In this document: positions 10,344-19,880 of the stretch, in pieces | How positions within the stretch are numbered: the first letter of the stretch is position 1 | How the letters are laid out: each line of letters starts with the position of its first letter | Source: Candidatus Zestomicrobium tamdykulense | GTDB taxonomy: Archaea; Thermoproteota; Thermoprotei_A; Sulfolobales; NBVN01 | Assembly: GCA_039889305.1 (NCBI GenBank) | Contig: JAVVFV010000003.1 | Location: forward strand, 511 to 64,510 | DNA: 64,000 bases | Direction: 5' to 3' | Program-made: the position numbers and the translations under genes | The notes under the pieces: generated by a model | Told to the model about the DNA's origin: nothing | The model's input: only the letters and a program-made list of their open reading frames with translations | Database searches by the model: none

Positions 10344-11774
10344 CTATTTCTTTGTCTCACCTACTTCAAAGATGTACCTAGTGTAGAAGTCTTTAATAAG
10401 TCTGATGGCAACCGGCATTAAGTACGCTACTGCTACTAAGTTCGGTATGGCCATTAAACCATTCATAGTGTCTGAGAAGTCCCAGAATACCGCGAAGAGT
10501 TCTGGAGATATTGCTGCAGGGATTATTGGGACGATCCACATAAACCTCCATATCCATTTCAAGGGTTTCTCAGGCAGTTTAAGTGTCTTGTTCAAGAAGT
10601 ATAGCCAGTTAACCTCACCGTACCATTCCCAGCTCAGGAGTGTTGTAAATGCGAATAATCCTAAACCTAAACCAAGAACAATTGGTGCGTATATCCCGTA
10701 AGCTCTGTGGAAGGTCTCCATAGCTAGTGCTGCCCCGCTTAACTTAGGTCTCTCTATGTATGTTCTAGCCACTACATTAGCTACGCCGGTTACACTACAT
10801 ATGACGAGAGTATCCATGAATACTTCGAAAATGCCGTACATGGCTGCCCTACCCGGGTGGTCTATAGTCATGTAGGCGTATAGGTTTGGTGCGCTGCCTA
10901 AACCTGCCTCATTAGAGAATAATCCCCTGGCGAAGCCAAACCTTATCGCTGAGTAAACTACCCAGCCTGAGAGGCCTCCTGCCGCAGCCTGCGGAGTGAA
11001 TGCGTAAGTGAATATCTCTCTTATTGCTAACCCGAAATTGCCGGCATACATAACCCATATACCAACCCCGAATATTATGTACCAGGTAGCCATGAAGGGT
11101 ACCAAGTAGTTAGCAACGTCGGCAATCCTTCTAACACCACCAAGAACCACTAGCGCAGTAAAAATTGCCATTACCACACCTACAGCAAGTCTAAACGTGA
11201 AGACATCAAATTCGTAATGAGTCGCAATATACTCAGCCGCTAAAGCTACGTTATTAGCCTGAACCATGTTACCGATGCCGTAAGCTGCTATGAACGCAAA
11301 TATAGCGAAGAGTACGGCGAGCCCGGGCCCGACAACCGGCACTAACTTAATATAGTATGGTGTGCCTCCCTCAACCCTTCCATCCGGGAGAACTCTACGG
11401 GACCACACACCCAGGGTTGCCTCAAATCCTTTTAGACCCATACCAAGTATTCCGCATATCCACATCCAGAATAACGCACCAGCACCACCTAAGTTTAGAG
11501 CTGTCGAGACACCAGCTATGTTACCTACGCCAACCGTAGCACCCATCACAGCAAACCATATAGCGAGTGGTTTGGCTTCACCTTTACCTCTCTCACCTTT
11601 ATACCACATATTCTTAAGCACTATACCGAATCTCCTAATTTGATAGAACATTGTATAGATGCCTACTGCTAACCCACTTCCTGCAAGAATGATGATAGCA
11701 GGCAAACCCCATACTAGCCCATTAACTAAGTACATGAAGTCTATTAATGACTGAAGAGGTTCCACTAATGGCAC
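10344..11774 (-). CDS. Sodium:alanine/glycine symporter (AGCS family)
   Basis: ATVGVGNIAGV, GGAGALFWMW, GIGNMVQAN, RGLFSNEAGLGSAP, FEVFMDTLVIC and MAIPNL. Confidence 0.95.
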   Translation of the reverse strand: MPLVEPLQSLIDFMYLVNGLVWGLPAIIILAGSGLAVGIYTMFYQIRRFGIVLKNMWYKGERGKGEAKPLAIWFAVMGATVGVGNIAGVSTALNLGGAGALFWMWICGILGMGLKGFEATLGVWSRRVLPDGRVEGGTPYYIKLVPVVGPGLAVLFAIFAFIAAYGIGNMVQANNVALAAEYIATHYEFDVFTFRLAVGVVMAIFTALVVLGGVRRIADVANYLVPFMATWYIIFGVGIWVMYAGNFGLAIREIFTYAFTPQAAAGGLSGWVVYSAIRFGFARGLFSNEAGLGSAPNLYAYMTIDHPGRAAMYGIFEVFMDTLVICSVTGVANVVARTYIERPKLSGAALAMETFHRAYGIYAPIVLGLGLGLFAFTTLLSWEWYGEVNWLYFLNKTLKLPEKPLKWIWRFMWIVPIIPAAISPELFAVFWDFSDTMNGLMAIPNLVAVAYLMPVAIRLIKDFYTRYIFEVGETKK

Positions 11775-11807
11775 CTCAATAAAATATTATATTTATGAGG
11801 TGATTTT

Positions 11808-12047
11808 ATGACGGAATTTGAGGTTCATTCAAAAGATAAAGACATAGTGATTATGTTATGGATTATCGGCATATTGGTTGTAAGTTTACTCACGATGACT
11901 GTCGCTTGTAGCGAGAATATTAAAGACGTTATTAGGGACGTAGGAATACATATTGGGACTGTTTTAATAGTAATACTCTTAGGAGTTGCTGCATTGTTTA
12001 TAGGAAGGGGTAGAGTCGAGAGAATTAGTTTATGGAAATACACGTAA
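11808..12047 (+). CDS. Small two-TM membrane protein, unknown function
   Basis: GAGGTGA RBS 4 nt upstream of ATG. The 79 aa contain two hydrophobic segments. Confidence 0.55.
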   Translation: MTEFEVHSKDKDIVIMLWIIGILVVSLLTMTVACSENIKDVIRDVGIHIGTVLIVILLGVAALFIGRGRVERISLWKYT

Positions 12048-12197
12048 AAATAAAGTTATATTTTTACATATTTTCAACCTGATTTAACAGATTCTGACAT
12101 TCTTTCCATAAAATGAGTTAATTTATTGAATTAATTGTTTCCTGACTGTTTAGATAAAATATTAAAGCTCTTGTAAGTTTTAGCAATGGGGTGTTTA

Positions 12198-13582
12198 ATG
12201 ACATCGATTCATACACAAATCCCGACTACTAAAAAATTACAGAAAGCCTTAAGGTTGTTAGCAAGTATAAGGAGTATGTCTCTTCCAGTCAAGCTTTCAA
12301 GTACTTTCCGATAGCGATTTCGAAAGCTAAGAATGCTAAGCTATGGGATCTCGACGGTAATGAGTATATTGATTTCCTGTCAAGTGCTGCTACATATAAT
12401 GTTGGTCATAGTAATGAGAAAGTAATCAATGCTGTGAAGGAGCACCTAGATAAGTTCATTCATTACTGTCTTTACCTATATCACGAGCCTGTGGTAGAGC
12501 TCGCAGAGCTTCTTGTAAGAATAACGCCCGGAAATTACGAGAAGAAAGTAGTTATTGGGTTAAGTGGGGGAGACGCTAATGATACAGCCTTAAAAGCAGC
12601 GTTAGTATTCACGCGGAGACCGAATATAGCTTCGTTCACTTATTCTTACCACGGCACTACCGCACTCGATATAGCTGTGAGCGGGTCTTTTAGTCCTGAG
12701 TTAAGAAGCGTTATTCCGGTGCACGGTGTCTACTTTCTAGAATACCCAGATACATACAGATGTGCCGGAGGTATTGAGGATCCTGTTGAGTGCGGAGAAT
12801 ACTACCTAGATAAGGTAGAGAAGTTCTTTAAGAGAAACGTGGCTGGTGAGTCATTCGCGGCTTTAGTTATGGAGCCTGTGCAAGGTGATGGAGGAGTTCT
12901 CATACCACCTGAGAACTTCATGAAAGGTATTAGGAGGATAACTGAGGAGTATGGGATGATCCTTATAGACGATGAAGTACAGACAGGGTTGGGTAGGACT
13001 GGAAAGCTGTTCGCTATAGAGCACTACAGTATCGTACCGGATCTAGTAGTTCTAGGTAAGGCTCTTGGTGGGGGGATGCCGGTCTCGGCGATCGTTGGTA
13101 GAAAGGACGTGCTTGAGTCAGCACCTCCACAGACATTCTTTGCTACCTCAGCGGCGCATGCAGCCTCGGTTGCTGGGTCTATATCTGCTGTAAAGTATGT
13201 TCTAGAAAATAACCTACCTGATAGGGCTCAACATCTAGGTACCTACATGTTAAGAAGACTGAACGAGCTTAAGGAGAAATATGAAATAGTTGGGGATGTT
13301 AGAGGCGTCGGGTTAATGATTGGTGTCGATATAGTTAAGAACAAGAAAACTAAAGAACCAGACAGGATTACTGCTCTAAAAATCATATGGAGAGCTTGGG
13401 AGAGAGGACTTATCATGATGACTTACGGTAAATACGGTAATGTGTTAAGGATAGCTCCTCCACTAACAATACCTAAAGAAGACCTTGAGAAAGGGCTTGA
13501 AATAATAGAGAACTCGATACGTGACGTAATTCGCGGCGTCGTACCTGATGAGGTAATAAAATATATGACGGCATGGGAGTGA
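12198..13582 (+). pseudogene. Class III PLP enzyme resembling the Thermococcales broad-specificity amino-acid racemase; one frameshift near the 5' end
   Basis: The track ORF (12434) lacks the N-terminus. The same frame is open back to 12233 (KITESLK...FKYFPIAI...WDLDGNEYIDFLSSAA.YNVGH) and is closed by TAA at 12230. An ATG at 12198 with a GGGGTG RBS lies in another frame and joins at the A6 run 12231-12236. Core motifs: EPVQGDGG, DEVQTG.GRTG, PLP lysine in LGKALGGG, GNVLRIAPPL. Confidence 0.8.
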
Positions 13583-13851
13583 CTTAAACTCGCTTAAAGA
13601 TCAACAACATTTTTACGAAATGAAACACTATTCTTAGAGTGAAGAATAGTCAATAGAGCCACAATACTAATCTGCCTAGATTTGGCGTATTAAGTGATAA
13701 TAATATGATGACGCTCTAAATAATGGTGTAAAACTCTTCCAGCAATTAAGGTCAGATATGGTTTCTGCTGAGTCATTGCTAATCCTTAGCTTAGAGAAGC
13801 ATTTGTCTAATGTTTTAGGATTAAGGCTAGAAAACAAGCTTCGTAATATAT

Positions 13852-15177
13852 ATGCTTTCTGACGTAATTTTATTTGGGTCTATGATGAGCACTACTTCAA
13901 GATACTGTTTAGCTTTTTGGTTTGTTTTATTTATAGGTCTTATCATGGTTTCCGCAATAACGCTCATAGCATTACCACAGGGTAGGGTAGGCGTTGTTGC
14001 CGAGCTAACATCAACCATTGACGGGGGTGCTGTTGAGGTTGTTTCTCGTGCAGTGAGTGAGGCGGTTGGCAGGTCCTCTGTGTTAATACTGTATATAGAT
14101 AGTTATGGGGGGTATCTAACGGCAACAGATTCTATAATAAAGATAGTTATGGAGTCTGGTGTGGTGACTTACGTTTATATACCTCCCGGAGGTAAGGCAG
14201 CTTCTGCAGGGTCTTTAATAGCTTTGTTGGGTAGGAAGATCTTCATGGGTGAGGCGTCAACCATAGGTGCTGCGCAACCAAGCCCCTCAGACGAGAAAAC
14301 AATTAATTATGTTGTGGGTAGGTTTAGGTCTCTAGCTACCATAGCTTTCAAAGGTAATGAGACTTTAGTAAGAATTGCTGAGGAATTCGTAACTAAGAAT
14401 AGAGTTCTGAGCGCTGCTGAAGCTGTAGTGCTAGGTTTCGCAGAACCAGCTAACAGCTTAGAGGAAGTAAGACAAAAATTAGGACTTGACGAATTAGTTG
14501 TGGTTGGTTATACAGCTTGGAATCACTTAATATCTGTGTTCTCAGTACCCATAGTAAGTTCAATAGCTCTCATAGTAGGTATTGCTTTAATATTTATTGA
14601 ATTTGTTCAAGCAGGTTTTCAAGGGTACGCAATTGCTGGTATTGTCTTGATATTGCTTTCATTATACTCTATGTGGGTAGTTCCTGTAAGCCTCTTTGCT
14701 CTCTCACTACTCATAATGGGGTTAATTCTCCTTCTCATAGAGATACTGACTCCAGGATTCGGTGCTTTCGGAATAACCGGCCTAATACTCATGTTTGTTG
14801 GAGCTTACGAAACAATAACTAGAGAGTCTTTCGGAATTCCATCCATACTACCACTAGTTGTTGCAGCAGGTTTCGCGATGTTGGGAGGTTTGATGATTTA
14901 CGTTGGGTATGAGGCCGGGAAAGTCAGGAGACTTAAGACTAAGACGCTTCGTGAGAAACTAATTGGTGAGGTTGGGATAAGTAAAACCAGATTAACGCGT
15001 GAGACGCCGGGCGTGGTTCACGTGCTTGGTGAGGACTGGACAGCATACTCTGTTGACGAAGTAATAGAGCCTGGGACCAAGGTTAAAGTAACTGATGTTA
15101 AGGGTCTAACACTTTACGTCTCTAAAATCGGTGAATTCACTAATGAGTCAGGAAGGTCTAGATTACAGGAGAGTTAG
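13852..15177 (+). CDS. NfeD family membrane-bound serine protease (stomatin operon partner); likely start ATG 13882
   Basis: IDSYGG, KAASAG (catalytic Ser), STIGAAQP, TM block with EILTPGFG, and C-terminal OB domain GEDWTA. Confidence 0.9.
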   Translation: MLSDVILFGSMMSTTSRYCLAFWFVLFIGLIMVSAITLIALPQGRVGVVAELTSTIDGGAVEVVSRAVSEAVGRSSVLILYIDSYGGYLTATDSIIKIVMESGVVTYVYIPPGGKAASAGSLIALLGRKIFMGEASTIGAAQPSPSDEKTINYVVGRFRSLATIAFKGNETLVRIAEEFVTKNRVLSAAEAVVLGFAEPANSLEEVRQKLGLDELVVVGYTAWNHLISVFSVPIVSSIALIVGIALIFIEFVQAGFQGYAIAGIVLILLSLYSMWVVPVSLFALSLLIMGLILLLIEILTPGFGAFGITGLILMFVGAYETITRESFGIPSILPLVVAAGFAMLGGLMIYVGYEAGKVRRLKTKTLREKLIGEVGISKTRLTRETPGVVHVLGEDWTAYSVDEVIEPGTKVKVTDVKGLTLYVSKIGEFTNESGRSRLQES

Positions 15178-15886
15178 AGAAGAATTAAGAAAAAAGATAT
15201 GGGATTTGATGGAAACAACAAACATAGCTAGATTCCCAAGACCAGTACATGGTAGAATACCAAATTTTGTTGGTGCCGAACAATCCGCGTTAAACCTGCT
15301 TAAACACTACTTAATTAAGACCTCCAAAGTAGTTAAAGTAAATCCTGACGCACCACAGAGAGCTGTACGTGAGTTAATGCTTCATACACACAAAAAAGTT
15401 GTGATGCCAACACCAAGAATATCTGAAGGTTTCTTATTGTTAGATCCTGACAAAATACCTACGAACGCTTACGACGTAGCCTCAACGATACAAGGAGCTT
15501 TCAGGTACGGTGAGCACGTAGACCCGCAGAACTTACCAACTATAGACTTAATAGTGGCGGGATCCGTCGTTGTTGACGTATTCGGTGGGAGGTTAGGAAA
15601 AGGAGAAGGATACTCAGAACTCGAGTACGGGATTCTCGTAGAGTGCAAGAAAATCTCTCCTGATATCCCAATAATGACAACTGTTCACGATATTCAGGTA
15701 GTGACGGAGAGAATACCGCTAGAACCGTGGGACTTCACGGTCGACTGGATTATAACACCAACAAAAAACATTCAAGCTAGAGGTCCTAAAATAAGACCTA
15801 AAGGAATTTTATGGGAATACCTAGAAAAAGATAAGTTAGCGAAAATACCTGTGTTAGATACGTTACTAAGACGAGGAGGTTGCTAG
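15131..15886 (+). CDS. 5-formyltetrahydrofolate cyclo-ligase family protein (COG0212); likely start ATG 15143
   Basis: RFPRPVHGRIPNFVGA, KVNPDAPQ, MPTPR, GRLGKGEGYSELEY, TTVHDIQ and DFTVDWIITP. Confidence 0.88.
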   Translation: MNSLMSQEGLDYRRVREELRKKIWDLMETTNIARFPRPVHGRIPNFVGAEQSALNLLKHYLIKTSKVVKVNPDAPQRAVRELMLHTHKKVVMPTPRISEGFLLLDPDKIPTNAYDVASTIQGAFRYGEHVDPQNLPTIDLIVAGSVVVDVFGGRLGKGEGYSELEYGILVECKKISPDIPIMTTVHDIQVVTERIPLEPWDFTVDWIITPTKNIQARGPKIRPKGILWEYLEKDKLAKIPVLDTLLRRGGC

Positions 15887-15974
15887 AAGATCAACTAGCA
15901 CTAAAAGCAGCGAAACACACTAGTCTGTTCCCCCTAAGTAAAAGGATGACTAAAACTCGTAATACTTTTGAAAG

Positions 15975-17048
15975 TCATTGCTGGTTTTGTTTTATGAAGT
16001 CATCATTTCTTGGGAGTGCGAATCTTAAGAGAGCTACAATTCCTCCAAACCCTCTTAACTTAATAGCTAGCGGGGATTCTGCTGGAACTATCCTAATATT
16101 ACCTCCCTTCTCTTCAACCATATTAAGGATTTTCTCCACACGTACATATTCGTCAGAAGTAAGCAGGTCCTCGTTGACGAGAAGAGTGTCTACGGCGTTA
16201 TTGAGCGCTGCAAACTCAACGTCTTTTAAACCATAAGCAACTCTTTCAGGATTTGACATAAGTAATTTCAGGAATTTTTCTAGTATTTCCTCACCCTCAA
16301 CAATTACGTACTCTTGCAGTAGGTCTTTCACGGAGTCTCTCTTAAGTAGTTCATGTATTCCTGCTCTACCACCTATAGAAACAGAGTCCGCGAATATCTT
16401 TAGCTTATTCCCAACACGTGTTTTAAGCTTTTTAACTAAAGCTTCCCTAAGAACTGTAGGAGAACCGACTATTATGAAATCTATTTTCTCGGATTCTAAA
16501 TACTTAACTATTTCTTCAGTGATTTGAGTAGCTAAGTCCTCTATGGATGATTCGTCATCGCTTCTTATGCCAGGAAGTGTTAAATCATTTAAGAACCTCA
16601 CGCCTTGATTATAGAGAAGAGCTAAAGAAACCTCATCAAAATCAGCGGCTACTAGCAATGCTCTAAACCTCCTTCTATTCGAGAGAGACTCTAATCTCTT
16701 CAGTAATGCTTGACTTATTGATTCTTTAAATAGAGTTATTTCATTCCCCACGTCAACGTTTAGTGTGTGGTAAGAACCTCTTAATCCGTACTCTTCAGGT
16801 CCCTCAACTATGACTCCGTGTATTCTTAACCTACTCGCGAATGGCTGGAAATAAAGCTTCTCGACCTTAATAGCTAGAATCATAGGTAGTCTCTTTTTAC
16901 CCTCGCCATCTATCTTCACATCTCTTAAAGTTTTAGCTACTACGACATCTCCTGCTTTAATAATATTTTTCAGTACCCACAAATCATCAACATCTTCAAC
17001 CCTGACCTTTACCCAACCTTTTTTCAGATCCTTATCAATTACTTTCAA
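15975..17048 (-). CDS. pelA: Ribosome rescue factor aPelota (Dom34)
   Basis: DDLWVL..II..GD, RLRIHG.I, G.YHTL, eRF1-like domains and the C-terminal GFGGIVALLRF. Confidence 0.93.
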   Translation of the reverse strand: MKVIDKDLKKGWVKVRVEDVDDLWVLKNIIKAGDVVVAKTLRDVKIDGEGKKRLPMILAIKVEKLYFQPFASRLRIHGVIVEGPEEYGLRGSYHTLNVDVGNEITLFKESISQALLKRLESLSNRRRFRALLVAADFDEVSLALLYNQGVRFLNDLTLPGIRSDDESSIEDLATQITEEIVKYLESEKIDFIIVGSPTVLREALVKKLKTRVGNKLKIFADSVSIGGRAGIHELLKRDSVKDLLQEYVIVEGEEILEKFLKLLMSNPERVAYGLKDVEFAALNNAVDTLLVNEDLLTSDEYVRVEKILNMVEEKGGNIRIVPAESPLAIKLRGFGGIVALLRFALPRNDDFIKQNQQ

Positions 17049-17195
17049 TGACTACACGACACCAAGTCTAACTCAGCTTAGGCAGTATTAAGCAACAAAT
17101 AATGGTTAAGGATGAGAGACATAACGTATTAGAGAGAAATTCAAAACAAGTAGGAGGAGAATTACTTATAAGAGGCTCCATACTTTAAGTATGGG

Positions 17196-18650
17196 GTGCG
17201 TATAGTGAGTAAGAATCTTGATTACTTTTTCTTTCCCGAGAGTGTCGCTGTGGTTGGTGCGTCTAAAACTCCGGGTAAGGTAGGTTATGAACTTCTCAGG
17301 AATTTGACTGAGTTTTATAGGGGTAGGATCTATCCAGTCAATCCAACAGCTGACGAGATTCTTGGTCTTAAAGCTTACCCGTCAATTAGAGCAATACCTG
17401 ACAGAGTTGATGTAGCAGTTATATCAATTCCTGCTGAGAAGGTTCCTGAAGCTGCTGTTGATGCTGGTGAGGCAGGAGTTAAAGGACTCATAGTGATTTC
17501 TGGAGGGTTTAAGGAGGTTGGTCATGAGGGTGCTGAGAGAGAGGAGAAGTTAGTTAAGATTGTAAGTAAGTATGGGATGAGGTTAATAGGCCCGAACTGT
17601 GTAGGAGTTTACGTCCCTAAGTCCGGGATGAATACTCTCTTCCTGCCTAAGACGAGGCAGGGTTTCCCACCACACGGACATATAGCTTTCGTTTCCCAGT
17701 CAGGAGCGTTCGGGTCAGCAGTGTTAGATTGGGCAGCATTGAGAGGGCTTGGAATAAGTAAGTTTGTTAGTTACGGTAATAAAGCTGACGTAGATGATGA
17801 CGACCTTCTAGAGTATCTTAAGAAAGACCCTGATACCAGAGTAATAACGATGTATATTGAGGGAGTTGAGGATGGTAAGTCCTTCTTTAAAGCTCTAAAA
17901 GATACTACTCCAGTCAAGCCCGTAGTTATTCTTAAGTCAGGCAGGACTGAAGCTGGTGCTAGAGCTGCTTCATCACATACAGGAGCTCTTGCAGGTCAGG
18001 ATAAGGTGTATGCTGCTGCTTTTAAGCAAGCAGGAGTTTTGAGAGCTTACGGAATGGAGGAACTTTTTGATATGGCTTTAGCACTAGCTCTCCAACCACC
18101 ATCATACGGTCCAAGAGTTGCTGTTTTGACGGTAGGTGGAGGTTCCGGAGTAATGGCTACCGACGCTTTATCTGATTTAGGTCTTCAGGTATCTAGACTT
18201 AGTGATGAGACTGTCGAGAAGTTAAGGAGAGTCTTGCTACCTATAGCTTCTCCCTATAACCCCGTAGACGTGACTGGCTCAGCAAGAGACGAGCACTTAA
18301 TCCAGGCAGCAGAAATACTGATGAAGTCTGGTGAAGTAGACGTGATACTTTGGCTACCCTACTACATAGTTCCGGGCGTTACAGACAAACTAAACTCAGA
18401 ATTCATAAAATTAGTTAATGAGATTAATAACACACTCCAACACCCAATACCCATAGTAGGAGTAGCTACAGGAGGCTCCTACACAGCAAAATACTCTGCT
18501 GAAGCCGAAGCAATGGGCATACCAATGTATCTCTCACCCGAGAGAGCTGCCAAAGCCGTAAAAGCTTTAGTAGATTACGGTAACTGGCTAAAAACAATAG
18601 GAAAATTCGATGAGTACATAGAAAATATCAGAAAGAAGCCATTAAATTAA
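17196..18650 (+). CDS. acdA: Acetate/acyl-CoA ligase (ADP-forming) alpha subunit
   Basis: SVAVVGAS..PGKVG, GPNC.G, SQSGA, GNKAD, phospho-His in SSHTGALAG, NPVDVTG and PERA. Confidence 0.92.
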   Translation: MRIVSKNLDYFFFPESVAVVGASKTPGKVGYELLRNLTEFYRGRIYPVNPTADEILGLKAYPSIRAIPDRVDVAVISIPAEKVPEAAVDAGEAGVKGLIVISGGFKEVGHEGAEREEKLVKIVSKYGMRLIGPNCVGVYVPKSGMNTLFLPKTRQGFPPHGHIAFVSQSGAFGSAVLDWAALRGLGISKFVSYGNKADVDDDDLLEYLKKDPDTRVITMYIEGVEDGKSFFKALKDTTPVKPVVILKSGRTEAGARAASSHTGALAGQDKVYAAAFKQAGVLRAYGMEELFDMALALALQPPSYGPRVAVLTVGGGSGVMATDALSDLGLQVSRLSDETVEKLRRVLLPIASPYNPVDVTGSARDEHLIQAAEILMKSGEVDVILWLPYYIVPGVTDKLNSEFIKLVNEINNTLQHPIPIVGVATGGSYTAKYSAEAEAMGIPMYLSPERAAKAVKALVDYGNWLKTIGKFDEYIENIRKKPLN

Positions 18651-18753
18651 AACGTTTCCTCACTTCAAAACCTCTCCAGTTCTTAACTATACTATCAGAA
18701 ATAAGATTATTCATGCTTAAATTCCAGCTAGTCCACTGAATTCTTAAGGCAAC

Positions 18754-19160
18754 CTAGATACAAAACAAAGTACTTGGGTTCTTTCCGCTTTTAGTTTTAG
18801 TTATTTGAAACGCAATTAAGTCTTTGTTTTTGAGTCTTTTCAGGAGTTCTTCGTAGTACTTAAGGAATTCCTTAAACTTCTCGCTAGTGTAGAGTATTAA
18901 GCCCTCTGAAAGAGCATCGACTATAGTTGGGTCTCTCTTCCTAAGATCTCAATAGCTTCACTAAAGACGTATAGATAAGGTCCTACCATAGATAGGTTAC
19001 TCAACAAGTCTAAGATCTCCCTTATTCTACCTAAATATTTTGTCCTAAATATCAGAATATCGTAATCACTTCATGACATATTCTAATACTAGATCCAAAG
19101 AGTATTAAAACATCGATGCAATAATTACTCGCAAACTATAGTTTTAGAAGTTCCTCATGT
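18754..19160 (-). pseudogene. Decayed minimal nucleotidyltransferase (MNT, Pol-beta superfamily) gene
   Basis: Manual translation gives IDVLILFGS (FGS at 19091-19099), a frameshift at about 19070, SDYDILI...EAIEIL, a frameshift at about 18942, then RKRDPTIVDALSEGLILY...stop at 18754. An upstream in-frame TAG lies at 19136-19138. Confidence 0.72.
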
Positions 19161-19352
19161 TCTGGAGTTCAGAACTTCGTTTCTTAGAATTAGTTTACGG
19201 GATCTATTAAGGTTCTTATTGTTATTACGAACACTACGTATTATGTTTACTTAATGAGGCTTCTTATGCAATAATGAATGTAAGTAATTTATTAAGTAGT
19301 TTTTTATTAAGTAGTTTTCTTTTATTTATTGTGTGAGTGAGGTGATGTTAAA

Positions 19353-19820
19353 ATACCTCAGCAGCGAGATTCTGAATCTTTAAGAAAGTTTCTTGATGAC
19401 TTGGGCGTGTGGTATCGTTTTTATGAGTTTCCTGAACATACCATGACTGTAGAAGCATCTGTTAAACAGTTAGGTGTGAGTCCAGATAAAATCATTAAGA
19501 CGTTAGTAGTTGTTAATGAGAGAAACGAACCGTTCGTGGCGATTATACCTGGTGATAAAAAACTTGATTTAAACAAATTTTCTGCTATTCTTGGATGTAA
19601 AGTAAGGATGGCTAAAGCTAAAGAAGTGAGGGACTTAACAGGGTATCCTGTTGGTGCTTTACCACCAGTTGGGCACGAGATAACAACATACGTAGATAGG
19701 GATGTATTAAAACATGATAGAGTAGTAGGTGGAGGTGGCAGTACTCACACCTTAGTAGAACTAGAGACGAGAGATTTAATCAGACTTACTAAAGCTATGA
19801 TTAGCGATATTACTGAGTGA
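19353..19820 (+). CDS. ybaK: YbaK/ProX aminoacyl-tRNA deacylase
   Basis: IIKTLVV, IPGDKKLDL, TGYPVGALPP and VGGGG motifs. The conserved-looking N-terminus (ESLRKFLDDLG) precedes the track TTG at 19401. The first RBS-compatible codon is ATA at 19353. Confidence 0.85.
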   Translation: MPQQRDSESLRKFLDDLGVWYRFYEFPEHTMTVEASVKQLGVSPDKIIKTLVVVNERNEPFVAIIPGDKKLDLNKFSAILGCKVRMAKAKEVRDLTGYPVGALPPVGHEITTYVDRDVLKHDRVVGGGGSTHTLVELETRDLIRLTKAMISDITE

Positions 19821-19880
19821 TTACTGTGAATAATATCATGAACTTAATTTTAGGAATCTTAACGTATTTGGGTGACTAAG

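Noticed and set aside
13705-13771. ATGATGA...CTGA in the racemase-nfeD intergenic region
   Set aside because: Spacing is too long and there is no convincing internal D'/C' pair or stem.
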